Assembly (NCBI GenBank): GCA_031431875.1
Contig: JANPEF010000133.1
Location: 1 to 40,352 of the forward strand
DNA: 40,352 nt
Source: Candidatus Eiseniibacteriota bacterium
GTDB lineage: Bacteria > Eisenbacteria > RBG-16-71-46 > DASYSL01
Direction: 5' to 3'
Part shown: piece after piece, positions 10,314 to 19,279 of the stretch
Position numbering within the stretch: position 1 is the stretch's first letter
Layout of the letters: the number at the start of each line of letters is the position of its first letter
Position numbers and translations under genes: made by a program
The notes under the pieces: generated by a model
Databases searched by the model: none
The model's input: only the letters and a program-made list of their open reading frames with translations
Told to the model about the DNA's origin: nothing

Positions 10314-10883
10314 GTGAAGATCTACACCAAGACCGGTGATGATGGCTCGACCGGACTCTTCGGCAACGAGCGGGTCGCCAAGGACGCCCGCCGCGTCGAC
10401 GCGTACGGCACCATCGATGAGGCGAACTCCGTCATCGGCACCGCGCTCGCGGCCGGAGCGCCGGCGGACCTCGCGCGCGTCCTTCTGGACCTGCAGGCGC
10501 GGCTGTTCGATCTGGGGGCCGATCTCGCCACGCCGCGCGGACAGCGACCCGATCCGACGTACCTGACCCGCATCGACGAGGGGCATGTCGAGGCGCTCGA
10601 GAAGCTGATCGACCGCTTCGACGCCGGGCTGCCACCGCTCACCAACTTCATCCTGCCGGGCGGCACGGCCACCGCGGCCCACCTGCACCAGGCGCGCTCG
10701 GTGGTACGCCGCGGCGAGCGCATCCTCGTCACGCTGTCGCGCGAGGAGGACCTGGGCCCGTGCGTGATCCGCTTCGTCAACCGGCTGTCCGATCTCCTGT
10801 TCGTGCTGGCGCGGTGGGCCAACCACGCCGCGGGCGTCGCCGACGTCCCGTGGCGCCCGCGCGCGGACGAGCCCGAGGACTGA
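10314..10883 (+). CDS. pduO: ATP:cob(I)alamin adenosyltransferase, PduO type
   Basis: KIYTKTGDDGSTGL, AYGTIDEANS, LFDLGADLA, FILPGG, ARSVVRRGER, NRLSDLLFVLAR; GTG start at 10314. Confidence 0.95.
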   Translation: MKIYTKTGDDGSTGLFGNERVAKDARRVDAYGTIDEANSVIGTALAAGAPADLARVLLDLQARLFDLGADLATPRGQRPDPTYLTRIDEGHVEALEKLIDRFDAGLPPLTNFILPGGTATAAHLHQARSVVRRGERILVTLSREEDLGPCVIRFVNRLSDLLFVLARWANHAAGVADVPWRPRADEPED

Positions 10884-10966
10884 TCCCGACGACCTTGTGC
10901 TAACCTGCGCGCGTCTGCCGCACCGACGTCGCCCCACTGATCCAACCCATTCGAGGGACCGCTCTC

Positions 10967-12391
10967 ATGGCGCACTACGACAGCATTCGCGCACTGGCCG
11001 AGGGGCTGCACGGCTCGCTCCGGCTGCATCCCGATGCCACGATCACGATCACGGACGCCGCGGAGTTCCGCGCCGAGAAGGTCGATCGCCTGCTTGCCAC
11101 CGCGATCTTCGCCGCCGACGAGGCGACGCGCGACGCCGCCCGCTGGGTGCTGTGGGAGGCGGGGCACGCGCTCGGCGTTCACTCGGCGTCGATCCAGGGC
11201 CTCTACGTCGCGCGCGGCAAGGGCAAGGTCAAGGGCTTCACGGTGCCGGCGGTGAACGTGCGCGGCCTCACCTACGACACGGCGCGCGCCATGTTCCGCG
11301 CGGCGCGGCGGCTCGACACCAGCGCGATCGTGTTCGAGCTGGCCAAGAGCGAGCTCGGTTACACCTACCAGCGCCCGGCCGAGTACGTCGCCAACATCAT
11401 CGCTGCCGCGATCCGCGAGGGACACCACGGCCCCGTGTTCATCCAGGGCGACCACTACCAGCTCAACGCGAAGAACTATGCCGCGGATCCCGAAAAGGAG
11501 ACCGAGGGCGTGCGCGCGCTGACCAAGGAGTCGATCGAGGCGGGGTACTACAACATCGACATCGACGCCTCGACGCTGGTCGACCTGTCGTTCCCCACGC
11601 TCGACGAGCAGCAGCACCACAACTACCTGCGCGGCGCCGAGCTGACCGCGCTGGTGCGCTCGCTGCAACCGCGCGGCGTCACCATCTCGGTCGGCGGCGA
11701 GATCGGCGAGGTCGGGCACAAGAATTCGACCGTCGAGGAGTTCGAGGCCTACATGGACGGCTACCTGCGCGAGCTCGACAAGCACGGTGCGGACCTCGTG
11801 CCCATGTCGAAGGTGTCCGTGCAGACGGGCACGTCGCATGGCGGCAACCCGACGGCCGACGGCAAGGTGGCCGATGTGAAGCTGGACTTCGATGCGCTGC
11901 GCGCCATCGGAGAGGTCGCGCGTGCGAAGTACGGCCTCGCGGGCGCGGTGCAGCACGGCGCCTCGACGCTGCCCGAAGACCTGTTCGACCGCTTCCCCGC
12001 CGCCGAGTGCGCCGAGATCCACCTGGCGACCGGCTTCCAGAACACGCTGTTCGACGGCGGCTTCCTGCCCGACGCCCTCAAGGCCGAGATGTACGCCTGG
12101 CTCGACGCCAACTGCGCCGACGAGAAGCAGGCGGGCATGACCGACGAGCAGTTTCACTACAAGACGCGCAAGAAGTCGTACGGCCCGTTCAAGCAGCAGC
12201 TCTTCGACCTGCCGGCCGACGTGCGTCTCAAGTTCGCCACCGCGCTCGAGGAGAAGTTCCACTTCCTGTTCGAGAAGCTGGGCATGCGCAACACGAAGTC
12301 GGTGGTCGACGAGCACGTGCACCCGGTACTCGTGCACCGCACCGTGCCCGAGGTGCTGAAGAGCGCGCTCGAGCAGGTCACGGCCGCCTGA
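10967..12391 (+). CDS. fba: class II fructose-bisphosphate aldolase (long form)
   Basis: FTVPAVN, FIQGDH, DIDAS, GGEIGEVG, TGTSHGG, AVQHGAS, EIHLAT; extended -10-like TGCTAACCT near 10898. Confidence 0.88.
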   Translation: MAHYDSIRALAEGLHGSLRLHPDATITITDAAEFRAEKVDRLLATAIFAADEATRDAARWVLWEAGHALGVHSASIQGLYVARGKGKVKGFTVPAVNVRGLTYDTARAMFRAARRLDTSAIVFELAKSELGYTYQRPAEYVANIIAAAIREGHHGPVFIQGDHYQLNAKNYAADPEKETEGVRALTKESIEAGYYNIDIDASTLVDLSFPTLDEQQHHNYLRGAELTALVRSLQPRGVTISVGGEIGEVGHKNSTVEEFEAYMDGYLRELDKHGADLVPMSKVSVQTGTSHGGNPTADGKVADVKLDFDALRAIGEVARAKYGLAGAVQHGASTLPEDLFDRFPAAECAEIHLATGFQNTLFDGGFLPDALKAEMYAWLDANCADEKQAGMTDEQFHYKTRKKSYGPFKQQLFDLPADVRLKFATALEEKFHFLFEKLGMRNTKSVVDEHVHPVLVHRTVPEVLKSALEQVTAA

Positions 12392-13224
12392 TGAACCCCC
12401 GCCGGCTCGCGGCCGCGGCGGCGGCACTCGCATTGCTCGCGGGCTTCGCCGGTTGTGCGAAGAAGGACGGCGTGTCCGGCAGCGCCGACAGCACGGCGTC
12501 CGACGGCAGCGGGATCGTCCGCTTCGAGCGCGCCTACGGGGCGACGGGGGACTCGCTCGCCGGTTCTGCACGATACGTCCTGGTCACGCCGCAGCCGGAG
12601 CGCGTCCCGGGCGTGAGCGCGCTCGCCGAGTCGCTGCGCGCCGCGATCGCGTGGGCCGCGGCCGAAGGCCAGGCCGGCCCGGACGGCCGTCCGTTGCCCG
12701 TCGACTCGGTGGCGACGCGCTTCGTCGCGAACTACCAGGCGTTTCGCGCCCAGTTCAAGGACGTGCACCAGGAGTGGTCCGTCGATCGCGCGGTCGCGCT
12801 CGAGATCCTGCCCTTCGGGCTGTCGACGCTGAAGATCGACGACGTGCGCTACGAGGGCGGCGCGCACGGCATGGCCAACACGTTCTACCAGAGCTTCGAT
12901 CCGGCGAGCGGCGCCCGCCTGCGCCTGGGCGACATCGCGGATCGGGCCGGACTCGACAGCCTGCGCCTTCTCGGTGAGGCCGCGTTCCGGGCGGAGCGCG
13001 GAGTTTCGGCCGACTCCACGCTCGAGTCCGCGGGCTTCTTCGTGTGGGATGACACGGGGTTCCTGCTCAGCGAGAACTTCGGGGTGATGCGCAGCGGACT
13101 GGTCTTCCACTACAACGCCTACGACGTGGCGCCCTATGCCTCCGGGCCGACGACGATCACGCTGCCGTGGGCGACGGTGAGCCGGTTCGTGCGCGCCGAT
13201 GGTCCGCTCAAGATGGCGAAGTAG
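12391..13224 (+). CDS. DUF3298/DUF4163 (RsiV/PdaC-like) lipoprotein
   Basis: ATG overlaps the fba stop (TGATG); lipobox FAGC; YEGGAHG and YDVAPYASG motifs. Confidence 0.85.
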   Translation: MNPRRLAAAAAALALLAGFAGCAKKDGVSGSADSTASDGSGIVRFERAYGATGDSLAGSARYVLVTPQPERVPGVSALAESLRAAIAWAAAEGQAGPDGRPLPVDSVATRFVANYQAFRAQFKDVHQEWSVDRAVALEILPFGLSTLKIDDVRYEGGAHGMANTFYQSFDPASGARLRLGDIADRAGLDSLRLLGEAAFRAERGVSADSTLESAGFFVWDDTGFLLSENFGVMRSGLVFHYNAYDVAPYASGPTTITLPWATVSRFVRADGPLKMAK

Positions 13225-13699
13225 CGCGCGTTCGGCGGCGCAGGCTCTTTCCCCGATCGTTCACGGAGAGCAACGGGTCGACGACCTCGAGGAAGGGAAA
13301 GCGCCGGAAGGCGTGGTCTCGAGTATAGATGGTCCGGATACCGTGTTCGCGCATGAGGATCGCGATGTGTGCGTCGTGCAGCACGTTCCCCGAGAGATCG
13401 TCCACTTCGTGCAGGGTGCGGCGTGCGACTGCGGCGTGGCGTGAGGTTGCCACGAGCACTCCGAACCCGGGCGAGGCGTGGAGCGCTTCGAGAAAGCCCC
13501 ACGCTTTCGTCGTCGTCCACGGCTTGCGGAGGACGCGGGGGTGGGTCACGACGCGAAGGAACTCGTACTGGATGCTCCAGGTCGTGAACCACGCATCCTC
13601 ACGCTGCCGCCATCCGTCGAGCAACGTTCGTGTCGCCGCGTGAAGGGCTGAGCCGTCGTTCGCGGCTTCGACGAGGATGTTGGTGTCGATCAGGAACAC
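13208..13699 (-). CDS. vapC: VapC-family PIN-domain toxin
   Basis: FLIDTNILV, YEFLRVVTHPRV, GNVLHDAHIAILMREHG, YTRDHAFRRF. Confidence 0.92.
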   Translation of the reverse strand: MFLIDTNILVEAANDGSALHAATRTLLDGWRQREDAWFTTWSIQYEFLRVVTHPRVLRKPWTTTKAWGFLEALHASPGFGVLVATSRHAAVARRTLHEVDDLSGNVLHDAHIAILMREHGIRTIYTRDHAFRRFPFLEVVDPLLSVNDRGKSLRRRTRATSPS

Positions 13700-13939
13700 T
13701 CAGTCCTCATCTTCCTGCTCTTCCATGGCTCGATAGAGCGCGTCGCGGTCGGCGATGTCGACGAGGTACCCACCTCCGTCGAACGTCGGCAGAGGCGAGA
13801 GCTTGACGGGGGCCGCGGGTCGGTCGAGAAGTCTGCGCAGGGCCGTTTCCACCAGCTCCGACATCGTCTTGCCCTGTCTCGCGGCCTCGGCCTTGAGCCG
13901 GCGCATGACTCCTTCATCGATCTCGAGGGTGGTCTTCAT
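13700..13939 (-). CDS. vapB: VapB-type ribbon-helix-helix antitoxin
   Basis: MKTTLEIDEGVMRRLKAEAARQGKTMSELVETALRRLL; directly upstream of vapC; acidic C-terminus. Confidence 0.9.
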   Translation of the reverse strand: MKTTLEIDEGVMRRLKAEAARQGKTMSELVETALRRLLDRPAAPVKLSPLPTFDGGGYLVDIADRDALYRAMEEQEDED

Positions 13940-13975
13940 ATGGAAAACCATACAAAGCGCCCCCAGGGTCGTCAA
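13939..13975 (-). promoter_or_regulatory. vapBC promoter (TTGACG-17-TATGGT) with palindromic operator TATGG-AAAA-CCATA; leaderless start
   Basis: -35 at 13975-13970, -10 at 13952-13947, ATG 7 nt after the -10; inverted repeat at 13939-13952. Confidence 0.75.
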
Positions 13976-14716
13976 GTGCGTCGAAATCCGAATCCCCTGA
14001 AAGTCTATGACCGCGCCTACTTCGACCGCTGGTATCGCGATCCGTCGTGGGTCGTCATCCAGCGCGACCATCTCGAGCGACGCATGCACCTCGCCGTCGC
14101 CGCGGCCGAGTGGATGCTCGAGCGCCCGATCGAGAGCGTGATCGACATCGGCTGTGGCGAGGGCGCGTGGCGCGCCGCGCTCAAGCGCATCCGGCCGAAG
14201 GCGCGCTATGTCGGGCTCGATCCCAGCGAGTACGCGGTGGCGCGCTTCGGCAAGAGCCGAAACCTGATCAAAGCGAGTGTTGGCGACCTGGGCTCGACGT
14301 GGCTGCGCGATGATCTGGCGCGCCGCGACATGAAGCCGCCGTACGACCTGGTCGTGTGCTGCGACGTGCTGCACTACGTGCCGACGCCAGAACTCGAGCC
14401 GGGGATCCGCGCCGTCGCCTCCTTCATCCGCGCGGGCGGGCTCGCCTACCTCGAGTTCTTCGCCCGCGAGGACTCGACCGAGGGCGACGACGAGGCGTTC
14501 CAGCCGCGCTCGGCCGCGACCTACGCCCGCCGCTTTCGCGCCGCCGGTCTCACCCACCTGGGCCTCCACTCCTACGTGATCCGCAGGGCGCTGGCACGCG
14601 AGCTGATGAAGTTCGAAGAGGGGTGGGCCGCACCACGCCGTGCATCGAAAGCCGCACCCGCCGCATCCAAGGCGCGGGCAGCACGCGATCGATCCCGGAC
14701 GAAGGAGGCACGATGA
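13976..14716 (+). CDS. class I SAM-dependent methyltransferase
   Basis: VIDIGCGEG, YVGLDPS, YDLVVCCDVLHY; start uncertain (ATG 13940, GTG 13976 or CTG 13997). Confidence 0.85.
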   Translation: MRRNPNPLKVYDRAYFDRWYRDPSWVVIQRDHLERRMHLAVAAAEWMLERPIESVIDIGCGEGAWRAALKRIRPKARYVGLDPSEYAVARFGKSRNLIKASVGDLGSTWLRDDLARRDMKPPYDLVVCCDVLHYVPTPELEPGIRAVASFIRAGGLAYLEFFAREDSTEGDDEAFQPRSAATYARRFRAAGLTHLGLHSYVIRRALARELMKFEEGWAAPRRASKAAPAASKARAARDRSRTKEAR

Positions 14717-15267
14717 GCGCGAACCGCGAGACCGCGACGCTGGCGGGAGGATGCTTCTGGTGCCTCGAGGCGGTGTTCGAGCCGCTCGAGGGCGTTGATT
14801 CCGTCGTGTCCGGCTACATCGGCGGGCGGCACCCGAATCCGAGCTACGAGGCGGTGTGCACCGGCGTGACCGGCCACGCCGAAGCCGTGCAGGTGACGGT
14901 CGACCCCGCGGTGCTGTCGTACGCGGATCTGCTCGAACTGTTCTTCGTGTTCCACGACCCGACGACCCTGAATCGCCAGGGACCCGACACCGGGACCCAG
15001 TACCGCTCGGCGATCTTCTTCCACACGCCCGAGCAAAAGGCGACGGCCGAGGCGACGATCGCCCGGCTGGATGCTGAGAAGATCTTCGCCGACCCCATCG
15101 TCACCGCGGTGGTCCCGGCCCCGGAATTCTACGCTGCAGAGGAGTCCCACCAAGGCTACTATCGTCGCAATCCGACCCAGGGATACTGCCAGGCCATGAT
15201 CGGCCCCAAGGTCGCGAAGCTTCGCGCCAAGTACGCGGCGCGCTTGAAGAAGTCCACGGCGTCCTGA
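14713..15267 (+). CDS. msrA: peptide-methionine (S)-S-oxide reductase
   Basis: AGGCFWCLE, SGYIGG, TGHAEAV, HDPTTLNRQGPDTGTQYRSAIF, FYAAEESHQGYY; SD AAGGAGG; ATGA overlap with the upstream gene. Confidence 0.97.
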   Translation: MSANRETATLAGGCFWCLEAVFEPLEGVDSVVSGYIGGRHPNPSYEAVCTGVTGHAEAVQVTVDPAVLSYADLLELFFVFHDPTTLNRQGPDTGTQYRSAIFFHTPEQKATAEATIARLDAEKIFADPIVTAVVPAPEFYAAEESHQGYYRRNPTQGYCQAMIGPKVAKLRAKYAARLKKSTAS

Positions 15268-15312
15268 GCGGGCCCGCTCGCGCCCGGAGTTCGTACACGG
15301 AGGTCCCACCTG

Positions 15313-15918
15313 ATGAACCGCAATCGCATCGCCGTCGTGCTTGGATCGTTGTTCACGCTCGCGCTCGTCGCCGGCTTCGCCGCACCCGCGGCCGCCGGAC
15401 CCATGGCGCTGAACCCGCAGGCCGGCATGACCTGGTCGAACTACTCGTTCGACGACGACGAGTCGATCGACGACAAGGCCCGCGTCGGGTACGCGCTCGG
15501 TGGCACGCTTCGCTTCGGCGACCGGATCTACATCGCTCCCGGGCTCTACTACCAGCAGACCGGCTTCGAGGCGACCGCCACCGATGACCTGACGCTGGAG
15601 ACGGTCACGGATGCGGTCGGTGTCAATGCGGTCCATGTCCCGGTGTACGTCGGGATCGCCATGACGGGCGGCGGCTTCCGTTTCTACGGCGGCCCGGCCG
15701 TCACGGTGATCACGTCGGTCTCGGACAACGCCTTCGGACTCGAGAAAGACGACTTCGAAAGCTCGATCTTCGGGGGCGTGCTCGGTGCAGGGATGGATCT
15801 CACGAAGATCACGTTCGACCTCAACTACGAGATCGGCATGAGCGACGTATTCAAGGATGCCGGCGACACCGGCGCCAAGCAGAACGTGCTGCGCGGCCTG
15901 GTCGGCATCAAGTTCTAG
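15313..15918 (+). CDS. outer-membrane beta-barrel protein (porin / PorT-like 8-stranded family)
   Basis: Signal peptide; alternating beta-strand pattern (VHVPVYVG, FRFYGGP, FDLNYEIG); C-terminal GLVGIKF. Confidence 0.8.
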   Translation: MNRNRIAVVLGSLFTLALVAGFAAPAAAGPMALNPQAGMTWSNYSFDDDESIDDKARVGYALGGTLRFGDRIYIAPGLYYQQTGFEATATDDLTLETVTDAVGVNAVHVPVYVGIAMTGGGFRFYGGPAVTVITSVSDNAFGLEKDDFESSIFGGVLGAGMDLTKITFDLNYEIGMSDVFKDAGDTGAKQNVLRGLVGIKF

Positions 15919-15940
15919 GCTTCACCTGCCCACGACGTCC

Positions 15941-15975
15941 GACGGCCCGATCCCGCTGCGGGGTCGGGCCGTTTC
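15941..15975 (+). terminator. hairpin terminator
   Basis: GACGGCCCGATCCCG pairs with CGGGGTCGGGCCGTT, followed by a short T run. Confidence 0.6.
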
Positions 15976-15990
15976 CCATCCGGAGAGCGC

Positions 15991-16776
15991 ATGTCCCTGA
16001 CCATCGCCACGTGGAACGTCAACTCGCTCAAGGTGCGCCTGCCACATCTCACGGCGTGGCTCGCGCAGCACGCGCCCGATGTCGTCGCGCTACAGGAGAC
16101 CAAGACCGAGGACGACTCGTTCCCCTATGACGAGCTCGCGGCGCTCGGCTACGCCAGCACGGCCTCGGGGCAGAAGACGTACAACGGCGTCGCGGTGCTC
16201 ACGCGCGTGCCGGGCGCTGCCGCGCCGGGCGACGTCGTGACCGCGATCCCGGGCTTCGCCGACGAGCAGAAGCGCGTTCTTGCCGTGACGGTGGGCGACG
16301 TGCGCATCGTCGACGTCTACATCCCGAACGGGCAGGAGGTCGATAGCGACAAGTACCGCTACAAGCTGGCATGGCTCGCCGCCCTCACAGCCTGGCTGCG
16401 CGAGGAGATCGCAGGGCACCCGAAGCTCGTCCTCCTCGGCGACTACAACATCGCGCCCGAGGATCGCGACGTGCACGACCCGAAGGAGTGGGAAGGAAAG
16501 GTGTTGTGCAGCGAACCCGAGCGCGAGGCGCTCCGTGGGATTGTGGCGCTGGGGCTGGCCGACGCATTCCGCCTGTTCGACCAGCCCGAACGCGCGTACT
16601 CGTGGTGGGACTACCGCATGCTCGGGTTCCAGAAGAAGAAGGGCCTGCGCATCGACCACATCCTGGTGACCCCGGCACTGGCCGCGGCGTGCGAAGCCTG
16701 CACGATCGACGTCGAGCCGCGCAAGGCCGAACGCCCCAGCGACCACGCGCCCGTGCTCGCGAGGTTCGGGGCGTGA
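15991..16776 (+). CDS. xth: exodeoxyribonuclease III
   Basis: [56 protein letters not shown]. Confidence 0.96.
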   Translation: MSLTIATWNVNSLKVRLPHLTAWLAQHAPDVVALQETKTEDDSFPYDELAALGYASTASGQKTYNGVAVLTRVPGAAAPGDVVTAIPGFADEQKRVLAVTVGDVRIVDVYIPNGQEVDSDKYRYKLAWLAALTAWLREEIAGHPKLVLLGDYNIAPEDRDVHDPKEWEGKVLCSEPEREALRGIVALGLADAFRLFDQPERAYSWWDYRMLGFQKKKGLRIDHILVTPALAAACEACTIDVEPRKAERPSDHAPVLARFGA

Positions 16777-18119
16777 TGCCGCGAAGCAGGTTGTTCGCGG
16801 GCATCCTGGCGCTCGGACTCTTCACCGCCGTCCCCTCGTTCGCCGCCGGCCTCTCTGCCGCCGAGCTCAAGGTCGTCACCGCCGTCGATCGCCGCCTGCC
16901 CGCCGCGCGCGAGCTGCTCGTGCGCACGGTGAACGTGAACAGCGGCACCATGAACCTGGCCGGCGTGCGCCAGGTCGCCGCGCTGTTCGCGCCCGGTTTC
17001 GCCGCGCTCGGCTTCGACACGACGTGGATCGACGGCGCCGCGTGGAACCGCGCCGGACATCTCGTCGCGCGCCGGCCGGCGAGCGGCCCCGGTGCGGCGA
17101 AGGCACCGCGCGTGCTCCTGATCGGGCATCTCGACACCGTGTTCGAGCCCGACAGCCCGTTTCAGCGCTACACCGCGCTCGGCGACACGGCCGCGCACGG
17201 CCCGGGCACGATCGACATGAAGGGCGGAAACGTGATCATGCTCGCGGTGCTGGGCGCGCTCTTCGACGAGAGGCTCCTCGACCGCCTCGCGGTCGAGGTA
17301 TTTCTGTGCGGCGACGAGGAGAACCCCGGCCAGCCGCTCGCACTCGCGCGGCGCGACCTGTACGCGGCCGCCGATCGAGCCGACATCGCACTCGGCTTCG
17401 AGGACGGCGACGGCGATCCGGCGCATGCCACCGTCGCGCGGCGCAGCAGCTCGCGCTGGACGCTGCGCACCTCGGGCCAGCCCGGGCACTCCTCGCAGAT
17501 CTTCCGCGCCGACGTGGGGCGCGGCGCGATCTACGAGACCGCGCGCATCCTCGCCGCATTCCACGACTCGCTGTCGGGGGAGGCGTACCTGACCGCGAAT
17601 CCCGGCCTGATCGTCGGTGGGACGAGCGTCGACCTCGACCGCGCCGCCGCGCGTGGCAGCGCCTACGGCAAGGATAACGTGATTGCCGAGAGCACGCTGG
17701 TTGCCGGCGACCTGCGCACGCTCACGCCCGAACAGCTCGCGCGCGCCCGCGCGACCATGCAGCGGATCGTCGCGGCGAGCCCGCCGCACGTGGGCGCCGC
17801 GATCGAGTTCGTCGACAGCTACCCGCCGCTGCCGCCGTCCGATGGCAATCGGGCCCTGCTGGCCGCCTACGACGCAGCGAGCCGCGACCTGGGCTTCGGT
17901 CCCGTGAGCGCGACCGACCCGGCGCGTGCCGGAGCGGCCGACATCTCGTTCACCGCGGGGCGCACCGCGGCGGCACTCGACGCACTGGGGCTCAAGGGCA
18001 GCGGAGGGCACTCGGTGCACGAGACCGCGGACCTGCGGACGCTGCCCGTGCAGGCGGAGCGGACGGCGCTGCTGCTGGCGCGGATGGCCGCCGGCCAAGG
18101 TCCAACCATCAAAAGGTGA
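16776..18119 (+). CDS. exported M20-family metallopeptidase (carboxypeptidase G2-like)
   Basis: Signal peptide; LIGHLDTVF, GPGTIDMKGG, GDEE, GAAD, GGHSVHE. Confidence 0.9.
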   Translation: MPRSRLFAGILALGLFTAVPSFAAGLSAAELKVVTAVDRRLPAARELLVRTVNVNSGTMNLAGVRQVAALFAPGFAALGFDTTWIDGAAWNRAGHLVARRPASGPGAAKAPRVLLIGHLDTVFEPDSPFQRYTALGDTAAHGPGTIDMKGGNVIMLAVLGALFDERLLDRLAVEVFLCGDEENPGQPLALARRDLYAAADRADIALGFEDGDGDPAHATVARRSSSRWTLRTSGQPGHSSQIFRADVGRGAIYETARILAAFHDSLSGEAYLTANPGLIVGGTSVDLDRAAARGSAYGKDNVIAESTLVAGDLRTLTPEQLARARATMQRIVAASPPHVGAAIEFVDSYPPLPPSDGNRALLAAYDAASRDLGFGPVSATDPARAGAADISFTAGRTAAALDALGLKGSGGHSVHETADLRTLPVQAERTALLLARMAAGQGPTIKR

Positions 18120-18164
18120 CAAACATTATTAAACATTGACAAACAACATGCGCTGGCGCATGCT
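18117..18164 (+). promoter_or_regulatory. promoter TTGACA-17-CATGCT overlapped by three 10-bp-phased direct repeats
   Basis: GACAAACATT ATTAAACATT GACAAACAAC (18118-18147); -35 at 18136-18141, -10 at 18159-18164; AT-rich patch; SD AAGGAGGG follows. Confidence 0.75.
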
Positions 18165-18193
18165 CGGTCCTCCCTGAAAGGAGGGCCCTGCCC

Positions 18194-19033
18194 ATGTCCG
18201 TCACGTCGACCGTGCACGCCGCGCCCCGGCCGGGCGCCTCGGAACTCGGGACGTTCCTCACCCAGATCCTCAGCGACCGCGAGCGGTACTTCACCGAGGT
18301 TGCCGCCGGAGAGGGCCTGGCCGCCAAGCTCCGCAGCGCGAGCGTCACGCTGATCGCCCTCTGCGCGCTCTACGGCGCTGCGGCCGGCGCCTACGCCGGC
18401 CCTGCCCAGGCCATCGCCACCGCGCTCAAGCTGCCGCTGCTGTTCCTTGGCACGCTGGCGATCTGCTTCCCGGGTTTCTTCGTCGTGCAGGTGCTGGTCG
18501 GCTCGCGGCTGCGGTTCGCGCAGGTCCTGGCGCTGGTGCTCGGTGCGCTCGCGCTGAGCGCGGTCCTGCTCGCCGCGGTCGTCCCGGTCACCGTGTTTTT
18601 CCTGTTCACGGGCGCGAACTACTACTTCCTCACGCTGCTGCACGTCGTGCTCGTGCTCGGCGCGGGGCTCGTCGGCATGGTCACGCTGCACGAGGGGCTT
18701 GAGTTCGCCTGCGAGCAGCGCGGCATCTACCCGAAGAAGGCGATGCTGATCATGAAGGTGTGGGCGGTGCTGTTCGCGTTCGTCGGCATCCAGATGGCGT
18801 GGAACCTGCAGCCGTTCGTGGGCGATCGGGGCGCGCCGTTCCGGCTCTTCCGCCATGCCGAGGGGAACTTCTACACTGCGATCCTCTACTCGCTCGAGAA
18901 GCTCACGCAGGTGAAGGGGCCCACCGGTCCGGCGGGGACGGAATCGGACGCGGGCGCGAAGGAGGTGCGCCGCATGATGATCGAGTCCATGCGCCCGCCC
19001 GCCGCCGACAGCACGGGAGCGGTGTCGCGGTGA
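18194..19033 (+). CDS. conserved multi-pass membrane protein of unknown function (resembles the family commonly auto-annotated as actin-binding WH2 domain protein)
   Basis: About 5 TM helices; ALKLPLLFLGTLAICFP, FVGIQMAWNLQPFVG, FRHAEGNFY. Family recognition is from memory only. Confidence 0.7.
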   Translation: MSVTSTVHAAPRPGASELGTFLTQILSDRERYFTEVAAGEGLAAKLRSASVTLIALCALYGAAAGAYAGPAQAIATALKLPLLFLGTLAICFPGFFVVQVLVGSRLRFAQVLALVLGALALSAVLLAAVVPVTVFFLFTGANYYFLTLLHVVLVLGAGLVGMVTLHEGLEFACEQRGIYPKKAMLIMKVWAVLFAFVGIQMAWNLQPFVGDRGAPFRLFRHAEGNFYTAILYSLEKLTQVKGPTGPAGTESDAGAKEVRRMMIESMRPPAADSTGAVSR

Positions 19034-19275
19034 GCGAGCCGAACCCGGCCGCGGGCCACGAGATCCTGACCCTCGAGGATGTGGCGCAGTACCTGCGGCT
19101 CACGCCGCAGACGATCTACAAGTGGGCGCAGGAGCGGCGCATTCCCGCGGTCAAGCTGGGGAAGGAGTGGCGCTTTCGCCGCTCGGTGATCGATCGCTGG
19201 CTCGACGAGCAGATGTTCGCGGAGGACTCGGGCTTCGCACACCTGCGCGGCGGCAACGGAAGCGACGAAGGATGA
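19030..19275 (+). CDS. excisionase-like (HTH_17 / BldC-like) DNA-binding protein
   Basis: EILTLEDVAQYLRLTPQTIYKWAQERRIPAVKLGKEWRFRRSVIDRWL; GTGA overlap with the upstream gene. Confidence 0.9.
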   Translation: MSEPNPAAGHEILTLEDVAQYLRLTPQTIYKWAQERRIPAVKLGKEWRFRRSVIDRWLDEQMFAEDSGFAHLRGGNGSDEG

Positions 19276-19279
19276 GCCG

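Noticed and set aside
19030..19275. Excisionase as evidence of a prophage or ICE
   Set aside because: No integrase, att-like repeat, tRNA or phage gene nearby.
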